This document shows positions 52,570-64,000 of a DNA stretch of 64,000 bases, piece after piece. Under the pieces are notes generated by a model that ran no database searches, was not told the DNA's origin, and saw only the letters and a list, made by a program, of their open reading frames with translations. The position numbers were made by a program, and so were the translations under genes. Position 1 is the stretch's first letter; each line of letters starts with the position of its first letter. Source of the DNA: Eledone cirrhosa (lineage: Eukaryota); NCBI GenBank assembly GCA_964016885.1, contig OZ024754.1:24118001-24182000 (forward strand). Direction: 5' to 3'.

Positions 52570-53538
52570 CTACAAATGACAGGTAAAAATGTTAGTATGC
52601 ATAAATAATGAAGCACAGGTAAGTTGAAAGAAAAAACTGGAATCAGATGCAGTATGCAAGAGAGAAGATTGCACTGGTACAGACACATGATTTCTTATGG
52701 AGGAAGAAGTGTCAGAATGTCAAAGTAGAAAAAATCAGCAGATAAGAAAGGCTAAGGAAGCTGGTTGGACCTCAGAAGGAAGATGACAAAAGAAAGAAAC
52801 AAGTGGAAGAAAGCTGTGTGAGGGAATACTCATTCAACCTAGGCAAGAATGAAAAGAGAGGCATAAAAATGATGACAATAATAAAATACCATTGATGAAA
52901 GAACCAGAACTGGGAGAAATAGAATAAATTAGGAGTGAGGTAGTTTAACCCTTTAGCATTTAAACCGGCTGTATCCATACAGAACTCTCTCACCTCTTTC
53001 TGCTCAAACCGGTTGTAACTGGCCACTCATAATGATGTTAAGGTATTGTTCTCAAAATAAATAATATCAAAATCTCATAGATTCAATATTACTTTGAAAA
53101 TACAATAGAGTAATGGAAATACTAAATGGTTATGAGATTTTTTGTTTGGGCTTACAGAAATTACTTGTACAGATAAATGTACTTTGTATTGTTAACTATA
53201 CTACAATGAAGCAGAAACATTAACAGATCATATACTACCCACACAATCAAACAGCAAAACTCAAATAAGCCAATGAAAGAACCTCTACATGGTCTTTCAA
53301 ACTACTAGGAATAACAGCCAAACCTCCCACAAATCATACCTCACTCCATTAAATAAAAACATGTATTTTCAAGTCATTTTTCCTTGCTAAAGTATGAGTT
53401 AGACTTGCAAGCCATATGATAGTCTTCACACATCACAGGGTCACTTTTGAGGGACTGTTTTACAGGTAAATGTGTCTGACACCCAAAATGATTGTATAAC
53501 AATTTATAAAAAAAAACATTTTCTTAAAAGATCCTTAC

Positions 53539-53649
53539 CCAGGAACCCTTCTGGATAAGTTTGCATTAAATAATCAGTTGTTAGGTCACCGGCCATAAAT
53601 TTAGGCTCAGTCAGAATATCCCTGAGAAGTGGTATATTGTGGGCCACAC
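53539..53649 (-). CDS. PCCA: PCCA exon
   Basis: (G)VAHNIPLLRDILTEPKFMAGDLTTDYLMQTYPEGFL, AG/GT bounded, 111 bp. Confidence 0.95.
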
Positions 53650-54295
53650 CTGAAATCAAAAAACAAATTTAAGTTTCTTAAATAAAAAAAAAAACTTAAT
53701 GGAAAAGTCTACAACCCCAGTGTTTTAAGGCCATTTTCCACTGTTAAAACAAGGGTTAGCCTCACAGACCCTATAGCAAGTTTCTCCATTTTACCCACAC
53801 CAACCCAGAGGAACCAGCAGTACCACTTTACAGGGGGTACACTAGGTGCATTTTATCTTAGCACCAGCATTACCACTTTACAATGTAGATTAGGTACATT
53901 TTATCTTGCATCAACACTACCACTTTACAATGTGGACTGGGTGCATTACCACTTTAAAATGAGGACTGGGTGCATTTAATTGTGGCATCAACACTACCAC
54001 TTTACAATGTGGACTGGGTGCATTTTATCATGGCACCAGCACCACCACTTTACACTGTAGACTGAGTGCATTTTATTGACACCAGCATTACCACTTTATA
54101 CTGTGGACTAGGTGCATCTTATTGTGGCACCAGCACTATAGAGTGTACAGGGTGCATTTTATTGTGGCATATATTGCTGAATATTTAAGATGAAACAACT
54201 AATTAATCATAATTTAACCCTTTTGATGCCAAAGCACATAAACCACCCCTGGTTCTATGATACAAAACTGTTTTAAAGTGTTTATATTTAAACTA

Positions 54296-55990
54296 GACGA
54301 ACTTGGAAACAGAAGGCAACCTGGAGAAGAAAGATCTGGAAGCTGAAAGCCCCCTCAGCCAGTAACAGATTTAAAGGTATCTTACTTGATGCCTATGACA
54401 ATAAAGAAGAACAGATAGAGACTTTCAATGTAGAAGAGCACTGGGAATTCCAAAAAAATAACTTACTAAAGGCGATGGACGAGATCTGTGGTTGGAGCAA
54501 GACCACAGGCAGGAGGAGAGTGACTTGGTGGTGGAACAATAAGGTAGATGAGGCAATTAAGGCTAAGAGACAGGCATGGAAAGAATGGAAGGGGGAAGCA
54601 GGGTACATTACATAGAGACTAGGAGACACGTATACTTAGCTAGAAGGGAAGCGGAGGATAGAAATTCAAGCATGTTTTGCAACGTGAGGACCAGAAACAG
54701 GAGGTGTTCAGGATTGCGAGGCAGTGTGTTAGAGAGAATTTTGATGTCATTGGAGAGAAGTGTGTCCGGAATGATAAAAGTGAGCTTGCCCTCAGAAGTG
54801 CTGAGAAGAAAGATGTGTGGAAGAGCCATTATGAAAGATTACTAAATGAGGAGAATGCATGGGAGAAAGAGACTCTACCCTAAGTGGACCCTATAGAGGG
54901 CCCAGCAGTACAAGTCAGCAGCAGCGTAGTAAGTAAGGCAACCGGTTCATCGGGTATAGCTGCTGAGTTGCTGAAAGCATCTGGATCGGTAGGTCACATC
55001 ATAACCACACGTATTGTTAACCAGGTAATAGAGGGTGTTATACCAAAGGATTGGTGCGGCAGCATCATTGTCAACTGCTACAAGGGTAAAGGAGATGCAC
55101 TAAATAGAAGAAGCTATAGAGGTGGATGGACCAGGTCATGAAAGTAACGGAAAAAGTTATTGCACAGTTGATTAGGGACCGGGTGAAACTAGATGAGATG
55201 CAGTTTGGGTTTGTGCCAAGAAAAGGCACCACTGACGTTCTCTTCCTTGTGAAGCAGTTACAGGAAAAGTACCTAGCTAAAAGTAAGCCGCTCTACCTGG
55301 CATTTGTCGATCTGGAAAAGCAGACTGTATGATGCGTGCATACGAACAGCAATGCTACATGTGTGTAGAAGACTTGCGCAGATTAGAAAGAAACGAAGCT
55401 TGCATGCTCCGATGGGTGTGTAATAGTAATATACGAGAACGGCAAAACATAAACGAACAGAGAGAGAGACTGAGCATAAGAGGTATCAAATGCTGTGTGC
55501 AGGAGAGGAGATTGCGTTGGTATGGACATGTGATGCGTATGAAGGATGACAGCTGCATAAAAAGGTGCAGAACACTAGAAGTCAATGGAAGCCGTGGAGA
55601 CTCAAGAAGACATGGGATGAGGTGATAAAAGTTGACCTACTCAATTGCACCTCTCAAAGGCGATGACACATGACCGTGACCTTTGGAGTCACGCAGTAAT
55701 ACAGAAGACCCGACTTCCCACGGGTACAAGCCGAAGCTGAAGCATATAGACAATGTCCCCCCTCCCCTCCACTGCAAAAAAGCACCCAGCCCACACTGTA
55801 AAGTGGACGTGCAAGTGCCATAGAATAAAGGCACCTAGCACTCACTGTAAATGAGGTTGGTGTTAGGAAGGGTATCCAGCTGTAGAAATCAGTTCCAGAA
55901 TCAGTTCCAGTATGAGGTCAGCCGACCGGACACTGCCCACAACAGGACAACCCGTCTAACCCATGCTAGCATAGAAGAACTGATGTTTTA
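54296..55990 (+). pseudogene. Degenerate RTE LINE copy in PCCA intron
   Basis: Fragments match the 61595-64000 protein (TWWWN, CYKGKGDAL, MQFGF, AFVDLEK, RRLRWYGHV). The central RT is deleted. Confidence 0.88.
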
Positions 55991-56380
55991 AACACAAGCT
56001 CAAAAATGAGAGTTAGCTAAATCCTTCGAAATTCTTGATTATTTTCAAAATTGCTTGAAAATAATAGGCCATGTCTTTCATTAGAAATATGGTAACAAAA
56101 GGGTTAAGGGGAAGATGTTAGTATTAAAATAAATTTATACAGTATATCACTTAAAACAGATTCATAGGTGTTAAAAATAACATTAAAATGTTTCAGTATT
56201 TTAGATAACTTAGAATATCATCAGTCAATAAACAACATTATCATCAATGTTTAACATCCATTTTTCCATGCTAGCAGGAATTAGATGAGTAGTCCCGTTG
56301 TGAGACAAGCCAGGTCAGATAATCATGTCTTGCTCATACAGAACTGTTTCTGGCTTGGTTTCTAATATTAATAGACGTAC

Positions 56381-56456
56381 CTTTAATGACATAGGCATCT
56401 AAAGCCTGGATCATCTGCTCTCGTGCTTCTTCTCGGGAGCAACCATAGGTTACCAG
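56381..56456 (-). CDS. PCCA: PCCA exon
   Basis: LVTYGCSREEAREQMIQALDAYVIK(G), AG/GT bounded, 76 bp. Confidence 0.94.
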
Positions 56457-57775
56457 CTTGAAAACAAAACATTCACAATTGAATGGCCATGTTTAACCAT
56501 GATATAAGAAACTCTATAGATAAACATACAGGCAAATATATTATATATACATGAAATCATAAGAGAATCACATACACAAATACATATACCACTCATATAT
56601 TATATACACAGTAATATATTACATAATCACTCATATATTATATATACATTCATGTATTATATATATATAGGGTATCCCCGAAAATATACTCACATCTTCA
56701 AAAAAAGATCAGGTTAAATTTTAAAGAACTTCTATATGCTTTGATTCATGTATATATTTTGGGGCAACACTGAGCATATATACATGTATGTATGCATACA
56801 TACATATACGCACGCGCACACACATATGCACACAGAATATACTCCTAAGTCAAGTCACACCTCTATTATATATACAACATTCTCAGCTCAATACTAAACT
56901 GACATATATATAGCAGAATGTGTTTATCAATACTGATATATGCTTGGATGAAATCGCGATCATAACACTCATGGACATGTTTACAAAATCAGAAAACAAT
57001 ACAACTCCCATGACTTTCGGAAGCTCAGTGTTGCTGAAGCATGGAACAAACTACCTGCATCAGTTGTTAGTTGTCGGGACAACTATTCCGATCTTAGTTC
57101 TGGGTCTCCTGACAGTTGGTTTTGTCCATAAAATCTGTCCAGTGATTCTTTCCTGAGACATTCTAACCACATGTCTGTAATATCGGAGCTGAGCTCTCAA
57201 ATCTGTCCAGTGATCCTGTCCTGAGACATTCTAACCACACACCCGAAATATCGGAGCTGTGATGTCTCAAGTCAGAGAATGTTATTAATATCTTACACAT
57301 ACAATAAACAAAATATAAGTAACACACTAGCTACTATGGAATGGCACACAAAATTTCCTCTGTATTTTAAATATATCAAATACATTTTCTGGTGTAAAAC
57401 ACACCTTATCAAGAGAATGAAATTACATATCAACCATATATAGACAACAGTTGTCTGCTCTTTATATAGGTAATATATACTGCAATATATACAGGTATTT
57501 ATTCAATTTAAACATCCATATAGAGCTAGTAACCCATGACAGACTACGGGAAGTATTGAGTACTCCTTACAGTTTGTAATCAAAAAGAGCTAGTGAGACA
57601 AGTAATTAAAAAAAAATTAATTAAAAAGTCAACTCAGTCTTAATTATTTTCAAAATTATTTAAAAACCATAGGCAGGATCTTTCATTAAAAATATAAGAA
57701 AAGGGTTAACTACATCTATGTTTACCAGACTTGTGATTATGAGAAGGTTGTGAAATGTAAATAAACTGTTATCAC

Positions 57776-57844
57776 CTTACAGATCATAGGGTCATAATAA
57801 ATACTGATTTCACTGCCTTCCATAATGCCACTGTCACATCGGAC
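57776..57844 (-). CDS. PCCA: PCCA exon
   Basis: [23 protein letters not shown] (biotin carboxylase motif), AG/GT bounded, 69 bp. Confidence 0.96.
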
Positions 57845-58307
57845 CTGAAATATATGAAATATAGACAATAACAACAACATATAGTTTCACAAGCAGCTAT
57901 GAATGGCTGTGAAGCAATGACAAAGAGGCTCAAGACACAGCTTTCTACACTCAGTCGAACCACTGAGCTTCTAGTCAGCGCCTGTCCCTGTGGAGCAGCC
58001 ACCTTAACAACATGGAACACAGGTTCTCTTTCAACCCGACAAAATCCCTCTCCCCTAGCTCCAGTGATGCCTAGCCCTTCAGGTCCTGCCTGAATCTCCT
58101 CCAAGCAGTTGTTGGTCGCTGTAGACCCAACCTTCAGAAATGGGGATATGCCACCGATGATGATTCCAACTGCCAATGCGGGCAATTACAAACTATGGAG
58201 CACCTTCTAATATATGGAAAGGCTGCTGAAAATAAAATAACAATGACTATTTATATTTCATTTAAAGAATTATAAAGGATCATGACAGGAAAATATATTA
58301 AACTTAC

Positions 58308-58382
58308 TTGAGGTATATGAAGAGGTTCAATGTACTTGGAAAGTCGGCCAATTGAAGGCATTCCAAAGTTTTTAAAAGGGTC
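58308..58382 (-). CDS. PCCA: PCCA exon (most 5' one found in the window)
   Basis: [29 protein letters not shown] bounded, 75 bp. Confidence 0.95.
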
Positions 58383-59349
58383 CTAAACAGAAACACAGAT
58401 AAAATGTTGAAATAAAACATTCAAAGTAAATAAATAAAACATTTTTCAATATAAAATATGTTTCTTTTGTTCCTTTACATCCAAATCAAGACAGAAAGAC
58501 CTAATGTAAGTGAGATGCAGAACCAAACTTCCTCACTGGTCTGTCTGGGAGGTCATTAGCTCTGATTCATAACTGACTTGGTCTATGTAGACCCGTCCAA
58601 CTCTTGCTCGCAGGGAAAACGGATGTTAAACGATGATGAGGACACTATCTCAATTGTATCTATAAACCTGTAATTTGTAATCGAGTCATAGGGGTGCCAT
58701 AGTGACATATGGCATGTCTTGGGACTTTCTTAAACCTAGCAGAGCTCATACTCTCTCTAGAGCTGAAACTTTGAGCACTCTGCATCTTTTTATACAGCTG
58801 TTGTCCTTCATAGCTGTATAAAAAGGTAGCCATTGAATGAGCAGGTCTAGGAAGACTTGCAATGAGTTAATAAAAGCTGACTTTGCACAATTACACCTCG
58901 TTAAGGCGATGACACATGATCTCTGGCGCTATGTAGTCTTGTAGAAGACCCCTCCCTGTTATATGTGAGATGGGTCAGGCTCTTCGTATACATACACACA
59001 CATATACCTACTCACAATCATACATACAAAGACATACATACACACATATACATACACACATACATACATCACACACAAACATAAATACATACACACATAC
59101 ACACACAAACGTTTTGACTCATAAAACAAGAATTAAACATTTGAAATAGAATAAAAATAATTTAACCTACTTTCTCAACTAGTATTTATAGTGAGCAACT
59201 GGAATTAGGATACATATTTCAAATACACACACAGTTTCAACATTTTATTTATGGAATATATCGGGTAAATACAGTTTAACAGAAAGTTATAGATATATGT
59301 ATATATATCAACAATGTATGTATGTGTGTGAGTATATATATATAATTAT

Positions 59350-60445
59350 ATCACCATCATCATCGATTAACGTCTATCTTCCACGCTAGCATGGGTTAGA
59401 CGTATTTGTCCCATTTAGAGGCAAGCTGGGTAGGGTGATCGTGTCTCGCACATATAGGAGAGTTTCTGGCTGGTTTTCTATAGCTGGATGCTCTTCCTAA
59501 CGTCAATCCCATTGACAGTGTGTGTTGGGTGCCTTTTGCTGTGTCTTTTACATGTCCACTTTAGAGTGTGGGCTGGTTTTCTATGGCCGGATGCCTTTCT
59601 TGTTGCCAACCACATTTACAGTGTGTGCTGGGTGCTTTTTGGTGTCTCTTTTACACATCCACTTTACAGTGTGGGCTGGGTGTTTTGTGGTACCATTATA
59701 ATAAACATATATATATATATATATATATACACAGGCACATATCATGATAATGATATACATATATATATTTGTATGCATATACATATTCCATATACGTAAT
59801 ATACATACACATATCATACATATACATACACACTTCATATATATACACATAAATATATCATCAATATTTACAGTGTGGACTGGGCACCTTTATCATGTCA
59901 CCGACACGACCAGTTTACAATGGGGCCAGGGCACTTTTGTATTGGGACTAAGGAGGAGGGAGGAAGCTTGGGGAAAAATGTGGACAGGGTAGTAGGAGAG
60001 GTATGGTTACCGCTGAGGGAGGTGAATGAGAAGGGAGAAGGTTGAGGAAGGTGTTGCCTACTAGGTATAAGCCTCATCCTGAGAATAATAGAGGGTGAGT
60101 CTTCCGTAAAACTGCATAGTTCCAGAGATCACAGTCTTGAGTCATTGCCTTTGAGAGGTGTAATTGTGCAAGGTCAGCTTTTATTACCTCATCCCAAGTC
60201 TTCCTAGGCCTGCCCACACCACAGCTACCATCGACTTTGAGCACTCTGCACCTTATTATACAGCTGTCATCCTTCATACACATCACATGTCCATACTAAC
60301 GCAATCTCCTCTTCTGCATGCAACAACTGATCCCTCTTATGCCTAATTTCTCGTGCAGTATATTCATACTTTCCCATTCACGTATATTGCTATTGCACAT
60401 CCAGCAAAGCATGGAGGCTTCATTTCTTTCCAATCTCCGCAGGTC
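59350..60445 (-). mobile_element. 5'-truncated RTE LINE
   Basis: RRLERNEASML, GRPRKTWDE, plus a 3' UTR ending in (GAT)n. Confidence 0.8.
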
Positions 60446-60478
60446 TCACTGCTGTGCAGCTATATATATATATATATA

Positions 60479-61217
60479 TAAAGAATTAGTATATCTACCA
60501 ACATATATATACAGATGCATACCTATCCTAGCAAATATATAGGTTTTGTCTTAGTAACTTTGTGGTTCAATGCAAGGGGATGCAGAACGTAAAATAAGAA
60601 AATTATAAAAATTCACTTACTTACTAAAATTTCACTCCAACTAATTAGTTTCTGAAAGGGAATAAACATGGTTTCCGATTGTTATAATTGTTCTGCATCC
60701 CCTTGCATTGAACCACAAAGTTACTAAGACAAAACCTATATATTTGCTAGCATAGGTATGCATCTGTATATATATGTTGGTAGATATACTAATTCTTTAT
60801 AATTATCTCCAAATTATTTTGTTGAGCAAAAATTTGTCAAAACTACTGCTATGCTTCATAGTAATAGCCAGGCTACTGTCTTATTAGCACCCCCACTCCT
60901 CACTGATTGACCTCGATGTCACGTGATTGATTCTTTTGAATTCGCCACCGACTAAGTAGGCAGTGATTTTTTCAATGTCCTGGAATTTAGTCCTCGCTTG
61001 CTTTTTTCCATCCACTGAATTATTTTTGTATAAGTTCCCTGTGTCCACGCATTGCCTGGGAACTTAGCTGAGAACAGATCTCCCTGATGACGAAAGGATA
61101 TTTCTCCATGTTGTTCCAATCGGAAACCATGTTTATTCCCTTTCAGAAACTAATTAGTTGGAGTGAAATTTTAGTAAGTAAGTGAATTTTTATAATTTTC
61201 TTATTTTACGTCTTTTA
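60479..61217 (+). mobile_element. ORF-less hammerhead element: complete monomer of about 535 bp (60683-61217) preceded by inverted fragments
   Basis: 60479-60587 mirrors 60689-60798 and 60588-60680 mirrors the monomer 3' end. Homologous to 28268-28940. (AT)n flanks. Confidence 0.85.
61080..61163 (+). ncRNA. Hammerhead-like motif, extended stem II
   Basis: ctcc-CTGATGA-c gaaagg..cctttc a-GAAA-ctaattag-TT-ggag. Stem II covaries with 28792-28877. Confidence 0.85.
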
Positions 61218-61238
61218 TATATATATATATATATATAT

Positions 61239-64000
61239 CATCATCATCATCATCATCATCAACGTTTAACGTCCGTGTTCCACGCTTGCATGGGTTTGGA
61301 CGGGGGTAGTCCCACTTGAGGCAAGAGTGATTGTCTTGCTCGCATAGGACTGTCTGGCAGGTTTTCTACAGTTGGATGCCCTTCCTAACACCAACCACAT
61401 TTACAGTGTGGGTCTGGGAGGTTTTTACCGTGTTGCCTACACGGCCACATTACAGCGTGGACTGTGTGTTTTTTTGTCGTGACACCTACACGATCTCATT
61501 TGTTTCGGCCTGGATGGCGCGGCACCAACATAACTTTACATAGGACGGGGTGGTGTGGATGGGTGGGGGTGGTGGCGGGACGGGGTGTATTTTGTTAGAG
61601 ATGCCTACTGGCAAGGCGGGTCTTCTCTGTTACTGAGTACCGCCAAAGGTCTCGGTCCAGTGACATTGTCTTGGAGAGGTGTAAGTGTGTGAGGTCGGAG
61701 TTTATCAGCTCGTCCCAGGTTTTTCTAGGTCTGCCTATTCCGTGGCTACCGTCTATCTTTATTGCCCTGCACTTTGTTATACAGCTATCGTCTTTCATGC
61801 GCATCACGTGTCCATACCAACGTAGCCTTCTCTCGAGTAAACAACATCTGATCCCTCTTATCTCTAATTTTTTCCTTAGTTCGTTTATGCTTTGCCGTTC
61901 ACGTATATTACTGTTACACATCCAGTGGAGCATGCAAGCTTCGTTCCTCTCTAGTCTGCGTATATCCTCTGCACACAATGCCCAGGTCTCACTGCCATGC
62001 AACATTGCTGTTCGTATGCAGGCATCGTACAACCTGCCTTTCATTTTTAGGGAGAACCCTTCAGCAGCTAATAGTGGTATAAGTTCTCTGAACTTTTTCC
62101 AACCAGTTCTGACTCTAGCTACAGTACTTTCAGAGCACCCTCCCCCACTGCTGATTTTATCGCCCAGGTAACGGAAGCTGTCCACTATTTCTATAGAACC
62201 CTCTGCGCAATTGAAAGAGCTAGTATTTTGTGGGCACTTGCTGCTACTTATTGCACCAGAACACCGGCCACATGTAAAATCTATGTTCTTAGTTAGCTTA
62301 CCTGTGATCCCACTACATCTTTTATGCACCCATACTTTGCATTTAGGACATAAAATGGAGTTTCTACCTACGCCTTTCCTACACACCGAGCACGACCATT
62401 TCCCAGAAGGGACCGCCGCCTTGTTTTCTTTCCTACAAACTAGAACTTTGGTCTTAGCCAGGTTAATTTTAAGTCCTTTTGACTCTAGGCTGTGCTTCCA
62501 TGTTTGGAATTTCTTCTCTAGCTCGGCCATTGATTCCGCTATGAGTGTCAGGTCGTCTGCGTATAGGAGTTCCCATGGGCAGCCTGTCTTGAACTCCTCT
62601 GTTATAGCCTGAAGGGCAATAATAAATAGTAGGGGGCTGAGAACAGAGCCCTGATGGACGCCAACTTTTACGCTAAACTCTTCACTATATTCGTTGTTAA
62701 TTCTAACCTTGCTGACTGTTTCTTTATACATGGCTTGTATGGCCCTCACAAGCCATTCGTCAATGCCTAGTTTTCTAAGAGCCCACCAGATAATGGAGCG
62801 GGGGACTCTGTCGAAGGCTTTCTCCAGGTCGACAAAAGCTAAGTAGAGGGGTTTACCTTTAGCTAGGAACTTCTCCTGTAGTTGTCGTACTATGAAAAGA
62901 GCGTCTGTGGTACTTTTGCCTGACACAAACCCGAACTGCATTTCATCTAGGTCAATTCTCTCTCTGATTAGTTGCGCTATTACTTTTTCCGTGACCTTCA
63001 TGACCTGGTCGATTAATTTAATGCCTCTATAGTTACTCCTAACTAGGGCGTCTCCTTTACCCTTATAACAGTTAACGATGATGCTGCTATGCCAGTCCTT
63101 CGGAACAACCCCATTCTGTACGACTTGGTTAACTATGCGGGTGACCATGGTGTGTCCCACCGTGCCAGATGCCTTCAGCATCTCAGCAACTATTTCCGAA
63201 GGCCCAGCCGCCTTACCTGTCTTCATATCCTTGATTGCCTTACTTATTATACTCCCCTCGACTAACACTGCTGGTCCCTCTATTGGGTCGACATGGGGGA
63301 GACTGTCTTTCTCCCATTTATTCTCCTCATTTAGTAGCCTTTCATAGTGACACTTCCAAGCTACCTTCTTATCAGTGTCGGTGATGGCAAGTATGCCATC
63401 ATCGTTAAGTACACACTTCTCCCCGACAATATCACGGTTTTCCTTGACGCATTGCCTAGCAATCCTGAACACCTCACGTTTTTGGTCATCGCGTTGTAGG
63501 ACATGCTTGAACTTTCTTTCCTCAGCTTCCCTTCTTGCTAAGTACACTTCTCTCCTAGCTTCCCTCCTGGCCACTTGATAGTCTACTCTACTTCCCCCAT
63601 CCCGCCATACTTTCCAAGCCTGCTTTTTGGCCTTAATTGACCCCTCCACCTTACTGTTCCACCACCATGTTACTCTCCTCCTGCCTACAGGCCTGCTCCA
63701 GCCACAGACTTCGTCTGTCGCCAACAGCAGGTTTGCTTTCAGAAATTCCCACTGTCCCTCTATATTGTCCGACTCTAAATGTTCTTCCTTACTGTCGAAA
63801 GCATCAAGTAATATGTTTTGAAATTTATTTTTGGCTGTGGGGTCCTTTAGCTTTCATATTTTTCTCCTGAGGATAGTCCTCTTCTGCTGTCGAGTACGTC
63901 TCGTCCTGACTATGAGGTCGCTAATTATCAGTCTATGTTGGGAGGTGCATTCTTCATGGGGGAGGGATTTAGTGTTTACAACAGACACTCTGTCACGTCT
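61239..64000 (-). mobile_element. RTE-clade LINE, nearly intact, running off the window
   Basis: APE C-terminus (SQHRLI), RT (FVDLEKAFD, QGSVLSP, YADD) in ORF 61595-63724. The frame continues to 64000 with one TGA at 63854-63856. 3' UTR ends in a (GAT)n tail. Confidence 0.95.

Noticed and set aside
43151-54170. Short tandem arrays as CRISPR-like
   Set aside because: The units are contiguous with no unique spacers, there are no cas genes, and the context is eukaryotic intron or UTR.
63854-63856. In-frame TGA in the RTE ORF as possible selenocysteine or recoding
   Set aside because: The homologous copy near 54337 has TGG (RKIWKLK), so a nonsense mutation or sequencing error is simpler.

Overview
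AT-rich, repeat-dense animal genomic DNA. The SINE and RTE families suggest a mollusc, possibly a cephalopod (inference only). The left half (about 0.6-34 kb) is a nest of Penelope-like retroelements (PLEs; RT plus C-terminal GIY-YIG) and short non-coding elements inserted into (AT)n microsatellites, often as foldback palindromes. Reading both strands by eye gave about 15 distinct families (over 20 motifs) of type I hammerhead-ribozyme-like folds. Many have self-complementary stem III, several have non-canonical cores (UUGAAAA, UUGAUAA, CAGAAGA, CCGAGGA, CCGUCGA, CUGUUGA), and one family shows compensatory base changes between distant copies. Three families look like ORF-less retrozyme-type monomers (about 270, 435 and 535 nt). 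Also present are a non-autonomous LTR element nested in a PLE, mariner, pogo, piggyBac, hAT and Helitron remnants, and many SINEs. The right half holds the last 10 coding exons of propionyl-CoA carboxylase alpha (PCCA, minus strand) and a nearly intact RTE-type LINE with a PHD-like finger inside its RT. All folds and alignments were done by hand, and no ribozyme activity is demonstrated.
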